A DNA stretch of 63,654 nucleotides, the filler included, from Octopus bimaculoides (lineage: Eukaryota): assembly GCF_001194135.2 (NCBI RefSeq). It is 9 parts of 7 records of this genome, joined end to end, with 100 filler letters (N's around TTAATTAATTAA, not from the genome) between each part and the next. Parts side by side here need not be neighbours in the genome. Positions count along the whole stretch, not along the records: positions 10,848 to 24,499 come from NC_068989.1; 8 more parts are not named here. One strand, given 5' to 3'. The notes under the pieces were generated by a model. The model was not told the DNA's origin, did not search any database, and was given only the letters and a program-made list of their open reading frames with translations. Made by a program: the position numbers and the translations under genes. Shown in pieces: positions 13,241 to 24,499 of this stretch; position 1 is the stretch's first letter, and each line of letters opens with the position of its first letter.

Positions 13241-14566
13241 CTCTCTCAAACGCGTACACAAACCACCAACACAGACATACAAGATGAAAGTCACTCAGAA
13301 CTTTCGCCAACAACAGTTTTTGGAATTGGTGAAACTTCCAAGTTAGTGTCACCTTGTAAAAGATAAATATTTAAATCAATTTTACGTATTAAGTTCTTTA
13401 TTCGATTAATGTTACATTTTTTTATATTTTTATTCATGAAGATAATCGAACATANNNNNNNNNNNNNNNNNNNNNNNNNNNNNNNNNNNNNNNNNNNNNN
13501 NNNNNNNNNNNNNNNNNNNNNNNNNNNNNNNNNNNNNNNNNNNNNNNNNNNNNNNNNNNNNNNNNNNNNNNNNNNNNNNNNNNNNNNNNNNNNNNNNNNN
13601 NNNNNNNNNNNNNNNNNNNNNNNNNNNNNNNNNNNNNNNNNNNNNNNNNNNNNNNNNNNNNNNNNNNNNNNNNNNNNNNNNNNNNNNNNNNNNNNNNNNN
13701 NNNNNNNNNNNNNNNNNNNNNNNNNNNNNNNNNNNNNNNNNNNNNNNNNNNNNNNNNNNNNNNNNNNNNNNNNNNNNNNNNNNNNNNNNNNNNNNNNNNN
13801 NNNNNNNNNNNNNNNNNNNNNNNNNNNNNNNNNNNNNNNNNNNNNNNNNNNNNNNNNNNNNNNNNNNNNNNNNNNNNNNNNNNNNNNNNNNNNNNNNNNN
13901 NNNNNNNNNNNNNNNNNNNNNNNNNNNNNNNNNNNNNNNNNNNNNNNNNNNNNNNNNNNNNNNNNNNNNNNNNNNNNNNNNNNNNNNNNNNNNNNNNNNN
14001 NNNNNNNNNNNNNNNNNNNNNNNNNNNNNNNNNNNNNNNNNNNNNNNNNNNNNNNNNNNNNNNNNNNNNNNNNNNNNNNNNNNNNNNNNNNNNNNNNNNN
14101 NNNNNNNNNNNNNNNNNNNNNNNNNNNNNNNNNNNNNNNNNNNNNNNNNNNNNTATATACATATATACATATAGAGAGAGAGAAAGAGAGGGAAAGAAAG
14201 GTAGGAAGATGTTGTTTTGAATCAGAAAGAAAATTATTTTGAAGAAAAAAAGAATTTTTGTGGTTTGAGATATTTTTATCGGGAATTATAAAAAAAAATT
14301 CCCAATGTGTCAGTTTCCATTTATCTATTTCAAAGATTCTTTTAATGCTATTGTATCAACATTGGTGCGAGATTATTCTACGTCCACACATAATCAGCGA
14401 TTGTTCCTCTCACCAACCATTGACTATAACAGATACATACACAGAGACGCACATACATATATATCCAGACCAAAAATATTATACAGAAATCATATATACA
14501 AACATACATTGGTGTATATACATATATAGAGAGAGAAATAAAGAGAGAAAGAGATAGATAGATAAG

Positions 14567-14597
<31 letters not shown>

Positions 14598-15453
14598 GTT
14601 TCTTTATTAGCCACACAGGGCTCAACACAGAGGGGACAAAATACAAATGTAGAGTTTTTCTTTTCGAGGGGGTCGAAAACAAAGCAGAAAAAAAACAAAA
14701 GTGGGGACAACGATGAAAAAAAAAANNNNNNNNNNNNNNNNNNNNNNNNNNNNNNNNNNNNNNNNNNNNNNNNNNNNNNNNNNNNNNNNNNNNNNNNNNN
14801 NNNNNNNNNNNNNNNNNNNNNNNNNNNNNNNNNNNNNNNNNNNNNNNNNNNNNNNNNNNNNNNNNNNNNNNNNNNNNNNNNNNNNNNNNNNNNNNNNNNN
14901 NNNNNNNNNNNNNNNNNNNNNNNNNNNNNNNNNNNNNNNNNNNNNNNNNNNNNNNNNNNNNNNNNNNNNNNNNNNNNNNNNNNNNNNNNNNNNNNNNNNN
15001 NNNNNNNNNNNNNNNNNNNNNNNNNNNNNNNNNNNNNNNNNNNNNNNNNNNNNNNNNNNNNNNNNNNNNNNNNNNNNNNNNNNNNNNNNNNNNNNNNNNN
15101 NNNNNNNNNNNNNNNNNNNNNNNNNNNNNNNNNNNNNNNNNNNNNNNNNNNNNNNNNNNNNNNNNNNNNNNNNNNNNNNNNNNNNNNNNNNNNNNNNNNN
15201 NNNNNNNNNNNNNNNNNNNNNNNNNNNNNNNNNNNNNNNNNNNNNNNNNNNNNNNNNNNNNNNNNNNNNNNNNNNNNNNNNNNNNNNNNNNNNNNNNNNN
15301 NNNNNNNNNNNNNNNNNNNNNNNNNNNNNNNNNNNNNNNNNNNNNNNNNNNNNNNNNNNNNNNNNNNNNNNNNNNNNNNNNNNNNNNNNNNNNNNNGCCC
15401 CGTGTTTCTCGAGCCATGCCTGTAGAGCTTATCCCGAACGGGTAGTGCTTCTC

Positions 15454-15454
<1 letters not shown>
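14598..15454 (-). mobile_element. 5'-truncated L1/Tx1-clade LINE (ORF2 C-terminus plus 3' UTR; middle in N gap)
   Basis: Minus frame [16 protein letters not shown] at the 5' end, which is the segment preceding the C-terminal CxxC knuckle of L1/Tx1 ORF2. The 3' end has AATAAA (14603-14608, minus) and runs into (ATCT)n. The same peptide occurs, decayed, at ~16500. Confidence 0.7.
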
Positions 15455-15491
<37 letters not shown>

Positions 15492-15492
15492 C

Positions 15493-15556
<64 letters not shown>

Positions 15557-15620
15557 GGACAGATAAGCAAGCAGGCAACCCGGCAGACAAGCAAACAGAC
15601 GGACAGATATATATATATAT

Positions 15621-15676
<56 letters not shown>

Positions 15677-15793
15677 ACAGAGGAACGGTAGGTTTGTTCG
15701 TAGATGGAAGGAGAGAGTTATAGTGAAAGAGGATGAATGCTGACGCAACTACATAACCAAACATACATCTGCATTCACAGACAGTCGTACACG

Positions 15794-15879
<86 letters not shown>

Positions 15880-16099
15880 CACATACACACACACCCACAC
15901 CCACACACACACACATGAATAGTTATCTATCTATTGCGTCATCTGGTTGTATAGATATGGTATTGTGTGAGTTATATGTGGTGTAAAAGAACTTGGAAAT
16001 ATATATCAGGCTTCCAGCTTGGTGTTATTCTTAGATATAAATGTCTTTGAGTAAACACACAAGAGACAGATCTATTGACTAGACATTATTGTCACTGAA

Positions 16100-16870
16100 A
16101 AGAGAGGCATAGACATGCGCTGAAGCTACATCATCTACAGAGATTTCTTGACTGCGAACAGGTGCGAGAAAACGTGCCTTTCTCAGGTAAATTGTTTTCT
16201 TGCAATTTGTCAATTTGGCGGAGAAGCAGTTCTGGATGATACGAAGCGAAAACCGGATGCGTGGCGTCTAGAATGTTGTTCAGCATTTGCAGCCCCTTAA
16301 TAAATCGGGTAAAGCAATCGATTAAACTTCTACGTTACCAGTCTATAAAAACTATTAATGGTGAGGTATAGATCGACGACGTTTCGTGGAAAGTCAGGGA
16401 ATGACGAAAATCAATTGGTTGGTCGATTCCGGAAGAGTTTCTGTCAGGGAACTACACATGATTTCCCGGAATCCCTGACTTGATAGTCCTACCGATGAGA
16501 ACATTATCAGTTCGAGATAAACTCTACAGGTAAGGAAGTGTTCTCGGCTGGGAAGCCCACGATACGTGGATTACGACCAAATCGTTTCGCTCTTACATAT
16601 TCAATGACCAAGCATTGCTGCCTTGAGAAATTTTGCCAATCAGCTGCTGTCGCGCCAAAGACAGTTCTGATTATTGGCTGGGTCTATAAAGAAAACACCC
16701 AACTGCCTACATTTCAGCAGAAAGAACAGTAGTTTTTTATTCTCTTTCTGATAGTTATGACAAAAGTGGGTGCATGTTGACCTCGACTAAAATGAATACT
16801 AGCAACATACGACAAAATTGGATGATTTACCAAAATTCTTCTGAGAAATTCCAAGAAGCATATCTCAAGA
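16100..16870 (+). mobile_element. Decayed L1/Tx1-clade LINE ORF2 C-terminal region
   Basis: Across frameshifts and stops: RHALKLHHLQRFLDCEQV (from ~16111), DENQLVGRFRKSF..SLT**SYR*, LSVRDKLYR*GSV, PRYVDYDQIVSLLHIQ*PSIAAL..QLLSR (decayed CxxC..H..C region). Shares VRDKLYR with the 14598-15454 copy. Confidence 0.7.
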
Positions 16871-17124
16871 AGGCATAAAGCACGACAGCCCAGGGGTTAG
16901 AAAGCAGTGAAAAACCTCTGCAGAATTATGAAAGCATACAAAACACAAACATTGTTTTAATAGATGAGGTACTGACAGAGAGTGTGAACATCAACTGAGC
17001 TAATAGGCAAGCTCGAAAATTGCTTGAAAGACAATACTAAATAAGCCACATTCCAACGGCTTAGATATTCCCATCAGTGCGGACAACACTTCAAATAGAT
17101 TAAAGAATCTAGAATCCATACCCC

Positions 17125-17226
17125 TAAATTATTGGCCGGGTCTATAATGAAAACGCTTAACGGCCTGGCTTTGACCAGAAAGAGCAGTAGTTTTTTCTCT
17201 CTCTCTGGAAGTTATGACTAAAGTGA
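17125..17226 (+). mobile_element. Second fragment of the same LINE region
   Basis: ATTATTGGCCGGGTCTATAATGAAAAC..CAGAAAGAGCAGTAGTTTTTT..AGTTATGACTAAAGTG repeats ~16668-16769 (ATTATTGGCTGGGTCTATAAAGAAAAC..CAGAAAGAACAGTAGTTTTTT..AGTTATGACAAAAGTG). Confidence 0.6.
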
Positions 17227-17228
17227 TT

Positions 17229-17640
17229 TACTCTTTTACTCTTTTACTCTTTTACTCTTTTACTCTTTTACTTGTTTCAGTCATTTGACTGCGGCCATGC
17301 TGGAGCACCGCCTTTAGTCGAGCAAATCGACCCCAGGACTTGTTCTTTGTAAGCCCGGTACTTATTCTATCGGTCCTTTTGCCGAACTGCTAAGTTACGG
17401 GGACATAAACACACCAGCATCGGTTGTCAAGCGATGTTGGGGGGGGGACAAACACAGACACACAAACACACACAGAGACATATATATACATATACATATA
17501 TACGACAGGCTTCTTTCAGTTTCCGTCTACCAAATCCACTCACGAGGCTATAGTAGTAGACACTTGCCCAAGGTGCCACGCAGTGGGACTGAACCCTGAA
17601 CCATGTGGTTGGTAAACGAGCTACTTACCACACAGCCACT
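17229..17640 (-). mobile_element. SINE family A, young full-length copy
   Basis: All family motifs intact, with an expanded tail of several TACTCTTT units. Head reads AGTGGCTGTGTGGTAAGTAGCTCG..GGTTCAGTCCCACTGCG on the minus strand. Confidence 0.92.
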
Positions 17641-17731
17641 GTGTGTAGGAATTTTAAAGATCTGCGAGGTTAGAATATTGATTTAAGTATAAAGTCTATC
17701 CAGAAATGTTAAAGAATACTCTACAGCGACA

Positions 17732-18060
17732 TCAATAACAAAACAAGAATCAGAAACAATAATAAATAACCCGAAAACAAGCAAAGCTGCTGGAGACGAC
17801 GAGATCTATCTGAAAGTGATAACACACCTTGGTAAAAGAGCCATAAACTGGAAAGGAATATAAAAACCAGGAAATCCAGCAGACTACCAAAATAACTACT
17901 TTGCTGCCTTTTCAAATTGTTGAAGCAAATCATGGTAACACACCTGTCAGTAATAATTCAACCATTTGTATCCATCCCTGGATGTGCCATTTTAGATTAA
18001 TATTAAAATGCTTTTGACTCGATCCCATTGTCCACAGCTTACATTGTGTCAGGATATGAG
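17732..18060 (+). mobile_element. Decayed non-LTR reverse transcriptase N-terminal fragment (clade unassigned)
   Basis: Frame from 17732: SITKQESETIINNPKTSKAAGDDEIYLKVITHLGKRAINW..*KPGNPADYQNNY. This fits the LKxxKAxGxDxI and KPGK..NYRPIS motifs of LINE RT domains 0-1, with an internal deletion. Confidence 0.55.
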
Positions 18061-18295
18061 CACAAACTGTAAAACAGGTGGTTTTTCGTAAACCGTTCGG
18101 GCAGTCTATCATACAGGCTTAATGCTTAGATTTGCAGAACTCATTAAACGCAAGGAAACTCTTAAACCTTGGAATGAAACAACGGGAGGAACTTACATGG
18201 AGTAAGGCGCCGGCATGACTGGAAGAAAGTTATAAATAGAGTCTATCAGGGAAAGGTCCAAACAACAACCTTGTTCAATAATCTTATCAGAGTTG

Positions 18296-18428
18296 ACCGA
18301 ATCATTAGCACACCGGACACATGCTTAGCGGTATTTCGTCTGTCGCCACGTTCTGAGTTCAAATTCCGACGAGGTCGACTTTGGCCTTCATTCCTTCGGG
18401 TCAATGAAATAAATACCATTTGAATACT
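18296..18428 (+). mobile_element. SINE family B, partial
   Basis: GAATCATTAGCACACCGG..TGCTTAGCGGTATTTCGTCTG..GAGTTCAAATTCC (B-box) GACGAGGTCGACTT; matches 39062-39283. Confidence 0.85.
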
Positions 18429-18437
18429 ACTACTACT

Positions 18438-18546
18438 AAGGCAGCGATCTGGCAGAATCGTTAGCACGCCGGGCGAAATGCTTAGTTGCTTAGTGGTATT
18501 TCGTCTGTCTTTACGTTCTGAGTTCAAATTCCGCCGAGGTCGACTT
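18438..18546 (+). mobile_element. SINE family B, 5' part (tandem second copy)
   Basis: GGCAGCGATCTGGCAGAATCGTTAGCACGCCGGGCGAAATGCTTAG..GAGTTCAAATTCCGCCGAGGTCGACTT, truncated after the SalI-like site. Confidence 0.85.
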
Positions 18547-18771
18547 GTCAACGTTGTTCCCTTGTCCTGTCAAGACGTTATACTCCATTCCTGTGTTGCA
18601 CCTATATTATATTCACCAACAACTGGAGCAATATTTTCCTGAGTCGTGTATAGAATGAAGGTGTTTTAATAATTAAGAAGGAATGTGTTTTCAACTATTT
18701 TTAAAAGAATTTACTTTACATTTTCCCTGTTTAAGGAAAAGTATTTTTGAACAATATTTCTTAAATTTGCC

Positions 18772-19105
18772 TTTTATCTTTCACTTGTTTCAGTCATTAG
18801 ACTGCAGGCATATTGTGGCACCGCCTTGAAGGGTCTTAGTCGAACGAATCGGCTCCAATGCTCAATTCATTAAACCCTGACATATTCTATCAGTCTTTAT
18901 TGCCGAAACGCAAAACGAACCAACACCGGTTATCAGGCACTGGTGGGGGACAAACACNNNNNNNNNNNNNNNNNNNNNNNNNNNNNNNNNNNNNNNNNAT
19001 CTACTCATAAGATTTTGGTCGGCCGGAGGCTATAGTAGAAGACCTCTGACCAAGAGGCCACGCGGTTGATCTGAACTTGAAATCATGTGGTTGGGAAGCA
19101 AACTT
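18772..19105 (-). mobile_element. SINE family A, diverged copy with N gap
   Basis: CACTTGTTTCAGTCATTAGACTGC..GCACCGCC..ATTCTATC..GGCTATAGTAGAAGAC..CATGTGGTTGGGAAGCAA. Confidence 0.8.
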
Positions 19106-20032
19106 AACTTTCTTACAAAAACATATTTCAAAACGACTTCCTATATTGGGCTAATGATGGCAATACCAACATAAAGAAATATGACATTCTGTCAAATATT
19201 TGTGGTAAACAAATTATTAGCAAAGATAAACGAAGAAGAAAATGAGAAAAAAAATTAAGAAAACCAACAATACCGAACAAATAGACACATGTGGAGAAAA
19301 AAATTACTTTGTAATAGAAAACGGTAGCAATATTGATTTAAACATTCGCAGTGAAAAGACAAACAACAAAACAATAACAACACTCACACACAACACAACA
19401 CAAATTCCGTCAAGCGTAAACGCTAGTAGCTTTGGAAGCAGATTTGCGAACGTTCGTACTCGAAAAATGTTTCATGACATAGACAAGGTCAAATCAAAAT
19501 AATAATAATAATAAATGTGACAGTGCTTTGTTACAAATATGCGTATCTCTTCATTTGAATTTGTCCAAAACAGGAGAGGGAAATAGTGATATATCTCTGC
19601 TTCACAAAAAAAGCAGAAAGGGAATTTCAGTTTTCAAACACAGGAGAAAATAAAGGAGACTCCGGAATATGTGTGACGTTGTATGCCGCTTCTTCGTTTT
19701 TATTTCTTATACCAGGAAGAATTATATGGAAGTGGTCGTTTAGTATGCAGGAACGAGAGCGAGACAAAATAACCAACAGAAATAGTGCCACACACGTATG
19801 TTCATATTAAGTGGACCAGCGAAGTACTAGAATGATAATCAGACGATTTGGCAGTAAAATCGAGTCCAGTCTTTTCTAGTCTTTTTAGTGTAATATGCGC
19901 AGGCGGTGGTGAGTGCAGATATCACGATAAATGATATGTAATCGGAAGGGATCAGCATAGATTAGAAGTCCCACCGAATATCACATAACACTTACGAAGA
20001 TATGCTCCGTTAGGTATACAAAACAAAAACAC

Positions 20033-20530
20033 TTACATAACCCACACATAACAATCAAGGGAGTTGTAGTCTGGGGAGCTAGATGACCAGATGTTTGAGG
20101 AGATGTGGTCGCAGAAATTCTCTGACAGCCATGACTGGGTTATCCTGCTTGTGTGGCATGGTACAGAGTCCTGTTGCCAGACATAAGGTCTTCCAGCAGC
20201 CATACTCTTCCCCCAAGGTAGCACTACCTCCTCCAGGCACTTGATGCATGCCCTCGTGCTGAATCTGAGGCCGTGTTGGAAGATGAAATGACGCATAACG
20301 TCGCCATCATTAGTGATCACTCCAAACACGATGACGTTGGCTGGATGTTTGATTTTTATCACTCTTGGTACATGTCCTCAGTCTGACACACAAAAACTTT
20401 GAAATGATCGTAATGGAGCTTCCGGTGCGAACGCCAATCAGGACAGCATGTTGTGTCCAAATTTCTGGCAGAGTGAATTGCGTCATGATGCTATTTTTCT
20501 TGCAGAAGGTGCCCGACTGACCCTACTGTA
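20033..20530 (-). mobile_element. Internally deleted Tc1/mariner DD37D (maT) transposon relic
   Basis: ORF 20033-20362: KHPANVIVFGVITNDGDVM..QQDSVPCH..PDYNSLD, with 37 residues counted between the 2nd and 3rd catalytic D. An ATG at 20486 gives an N-terminal MTQFTLPEIWTQHAVLIGVRTGS, joined directly to the catalytic part. Putative TA+CAGTAGGG terminus at 20530. Confidence 0.9.
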
Positions 20531-21796
20531 TTGAGTAGTCGACAAAATCAAAAACAAACAATACGCATGCGAGAAATTAAAAATATAAAATGGCAACAAT
20601 TTACCCATCGCACCTTATATGTATATACACACACACANNNNNNNNNNNNNNNNNNNNNNNNNNNNNNNNNNNNNNNNNNNNNNNNNNNNNNNNNNNNNNN
20701 NNNNNNNNNNNNNNNNNNNNNNNNNNNNNNNNNNNNNNNNNNNNNNNNNNNNNNNNNNNNNNNNNNNNNNNNNNNNNNNNNNNNNNNNNNNNNNNNNNNN
20801 NNNNNNNNNNNNNNNNNNNNNNNNNNNNNNNNNNNNNNNNNNNNNNNNNNNNNNNNNNNNNNNNNNNNNNNNNNNNNNNNNNNNNNNNNNNNNNNNNNNN
20901 NNATATATATTAGTATGTATGTATGTATGTATACAAATTTCTGTAACATCGTTTATTAATGAATTTCCAGACATTCTCGTCTTGTTTACCGAAGATAACA
21001 CACTTAGGAGTCATTGATATTATATAACTATCTATCAAAGTATACACACACATATATATATACATAGATAAGTACTATATATATGTGTGTGTTTGTGTGT
21101 GTATGCGTGTGTGCGTGTGTGTGTGTGTGCTTGTATTTATCACTAAGGTGTATAGATAAATTAATATACGTTGTACTACTAAGGAAATAAAAGCATCAGC
21201 TAATATGCCTGTATGTGTGCATTTATATTTTAATGTGTCGACATAATCGCATATGCTTTAGTGTACCTAGAAAATAAATGTATTAACTAATAACTGTTTA
21301 AACCAAGAATAAACAGACACTTATATGTTATCAGCAACAGGTACACAAATTAATAGTCGAAATAATCGTACAATATAAACTTAAATTCAACACAATTTAT
21401 ATGTCAAACACTACATATACTGAACATAAACAAATCTTAAATTAAGTGTTTTACATTATATCAAATTATCAAATGCAAATTTGTTATAGAATAAAAGTGC
21501 AGATTATCAAAACAACGAATAAAGTAGATCATTGCATCCAACCATAAACTGCGTTTATGCTACAAATATATTAAGAATTAATAACATTCGTGTCTATAAC
21601 ATATTACATGCCTAAAAGAAGCTAGTTACTACACGAGTTACTAATGACTGATATGTTAAACAAATTTGAATGTTAGCTTGAAAGTTGTTAACTCTACGAC
21701 TCTAACTGTTATATTGACATCACTATTTCTCCGGCCTACCATACATTCACAACTTGGCAAAATTGCAATAAAACAAATCTTGAAAGAAGATCTTTC

Positions 21797-22094
21797 ATAA
21801 CCCATTACCTCCCATAATTCTATTAACTGGAATTTTTTTTATGAAACTGTGATTTCTAGCATAAAACAGCCTTAGAAACACGCTGGAATGATCAAAATAA
21901 CATTTCAAAATAACATTTTAAATAGAAGAAGCAAGATATTGGGTGAAAAATTAGCAAACCACATTTGAATATCAGAGAAATATACCTAGTAGATATAGCA
22001 AAAAGGTTAGACATGTGTAAATATTGACAACTAATTACGAAATTTGTAATTTTTAAGTGACCTCATATGAGATCACTGGTAGGTAATGGGTTAA
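21797..22094. mobile_element. Non-autonomous piggyBac-like MITE
   Basis: Terminal inverted repeats CCCATTACCT (21801-21810) and AGGTAATGGG (22081-22090); flanks ATAA (left, one mismatch) and TTAA (right). CCC..GGG ends with a TTAA target are typical of piggyBac. Confidence 0.5.
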
Positions 22095-23343
22095 TCAACA
22101 AACGTATACGCTAGAGTATTCCTCAGTAAGCAAGATAATGTGTGAGAGAATCAATAGTAACAGTACAGCATAAGGCTAAAATACCATAAAAGATATTCAC
22201 TAGTAGCAAACTAACAGAACAATTTCTCATTAATGACTAACACTATTTAACCGTCAACAAATGTAAAACTGTGGAGGTGATCTTTGTCTTTCGTCGTTTC
22301 TAGGCTAGACAAAGTAAGTAACGGTCGGCAAGTGTTATGTAACGGAAAAGATCTACACTGGAAAACACGATCAACCGGGATTAAGTTTACCTTTCTTCCT
22401 TTCTGGGCCGATAACAGATAAGATACCAGTCAAGTACAGAGGTCAACGTAAACGACTAACCNNNNNNNNNNNNNNNNNNNNNNNNNNNNNNNNNNNNNNN
22501 NNNNNNNNNNNNNNNNNNNNNNNNNNNNNNNNNNNNNNNNNNNNNNNNNNNNNNNNNNNNNNNNNNNNNNNNNNNNNNNNNNNNNNNNNNNNNNNNNNNN
22601 NNNNNNNNNNNNNNNNNNNNNNNNNNNNNNNNNNNNNNNNNNNNNNNNNNNNNNNNNNNNNNNNNNNNNNNNNNNNNNNNNNNNNNNNNNNNNNNNNNNN
22701 NNNNNNNNNNNNNNNNNNNNNNNNNNNNNNNNNNNNNNNNNNNNNNNNNNNNNNNNNNNNNNNNNNNNNNNNNNNNNNNNNNNNNNNNNNNNNNNNNNNN
22801 NNNNNNNNNNNNNNNNNNNNNNNNNNNNNNNNNNNNNNNNNNNNNNNNNNNNNNNNNNNNNNNNNNNNNNNNNNNNNNNNNNNNNNNNNNNNNNNNNNNN
22901 NNNNNNNNNNNNNNNNNNNNNNNNNNNNNNNNNNNNNNNNNNNNNNNNNNNNNNNNNNNNNNNNNNNNNNNNNNNNNNNNNNNNNNNNNNNNNNNNNNNN
23001 NNNNNNNNNNNNNNNNNNNNNNNNNNNNNNNNNNNNNNNNNNNNNNNNNNNNNNNNNNNNNNNNNNNNNNNNNNNNNNNNNNNNNNNNNNNNNNNNNNNN
23101 NNNNNNNNNNNNNNNNNNNNNNNNNNNNNNNNNNNNNNNNNNNNNNNNNNNNNNNNNNNNNNNNNNNNNNNNNNNNNNNNNNNNNNNNNNNNNNNNNNNN
23201 NNNNNNNNNNNNNNNNNNNNNNNNNNNNNNNNNNNNNNNNNNNNNNNNNNNNNNNNNNNNNNNNNNNNNNNNNNNNNNNNNNNNNNNNNNNNNNNNNNNN
23301 NNNNNNNNNNNNNNNNNNNNNNNNNNNNNNNNNNNNNNNNNNN

Positions 23344-23384
<41 letters not shown>

Positions 23385-24006
23385 GTATGTACATATATAT
23401 ATATGTTTGTATATATATATATTTGTATGCATGCATACAGACATACATACATACATAAGAAAACGTACATATACGTATATATATGTAGGAATGCGAGCGC
23501 ATGCATACATACAGAGAGACACACGCACACACACATGCGCACAGTAACACGCCAATGGAAAGATACAATCTTTTCCTCAATTATCGATTATTTTTAAAAG
23601 CATTTCGCCCAGCAATCATGAAGTCACTCAAATTTGATGAGACTGTAGTGGTTATTATTATTCTAGTTGTCGATGTTGTTGTGATCGTTGTTGCTGTTGT
23701 AGACGGCGTTGTTGTTGTTTTTATTGCTGTTGTTGTTTTTTCTGTTTTAGTTGTCTCTCCTTGACATTCCAACCTTTAACACAACATCCAATATCCTCAT
23801 CACCTCCGATGACAATATCCAGAACTTGATTCTCTGAGCTTTCAGCTTGTAGAATATGTAAAGATTTGCCCATCCTTTCTTCAACAGATTGAAGAAACCT
23901 CACCTCCGAAACTGCCCTCTGAGGTTTACAAATTCCACTACACTTGCACAGATTATTATTATTATAAGATTGACAACGACAACACCAAAATATAATAATA
24001 ATAATC

Positions 24007-24044
<38 letters not shown>

Positions 24045-24046
<2 letters not shown>

Positions 24047-24140
24047 GAGCATCACAGCAAACCACAGCACATACCCAAGGCACACAGAACTGCGCTCGGT
24101 AGTGAAGTGAAAGCACGTTATAAAAATAAAACTACTGAAC
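24045..24140 (+). mobile_element. Solo 3' UTR of the R4/Dong-like LINE, embedded in (AAT)n
   Basis: 96 bp, 94/96 identical to 58134-58229, which follows the R4-like ORF stop; (AAT)n on both sides. Confidence 0.85.
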
Positions 24141-24166
24141 AATAATAATAATAATAATAATAATAA

Positions 24167-24499
24167 ATGCCCGGATGCAGTACCAGGCAGTGGCTCTCAT
24201 GGCTTCTGATCTTAATTGATTGGAAGTGTTATTATGTACATTGTTTTGTCTTGGTATAAAAGATGGGTTACAGCAAATATTCTGCTTAATACCACAGATT
24301 TGCCTGTCAGTTGTTTGGCCTTAACCAGTTGAGCATGACACTTAGTGGTTGACGACATGTGCATCTCTGATCATGAGCAGAAGTAGTGGAGGAGCATCAT
24401 AGCGATGTGTTGAGAGGAATTCTTTGGGGTTTGAATAATTCACCTTTGGAAACATGGGTGTTTTGTTCAACATCCTTAAACGAACCTTATTCAGGGACC
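24167..24499 (-). mobile_element. Probable retroposon 3' end with (ATT)n tail (family unassigned; runs into gap)
   Basis: Complex sequence that ends on the minus strand ..GGTACTGCATCCGGGCATT(TAT)n, typical of a target-primed insertion tail; no readable ORF. Confidence 0.4.

Noticed and set aside
16127-16680. Apparent DIRS/Ngaro RT-RNase H words (YRDFLTA..CL..FL..C, LGWEAH, KTVLI)
   Set aside because: Other frames give a longer colinear match to an L1/Tx1 ORF2 tail, including VRDKLYR shared with the 14598-15454 copy.
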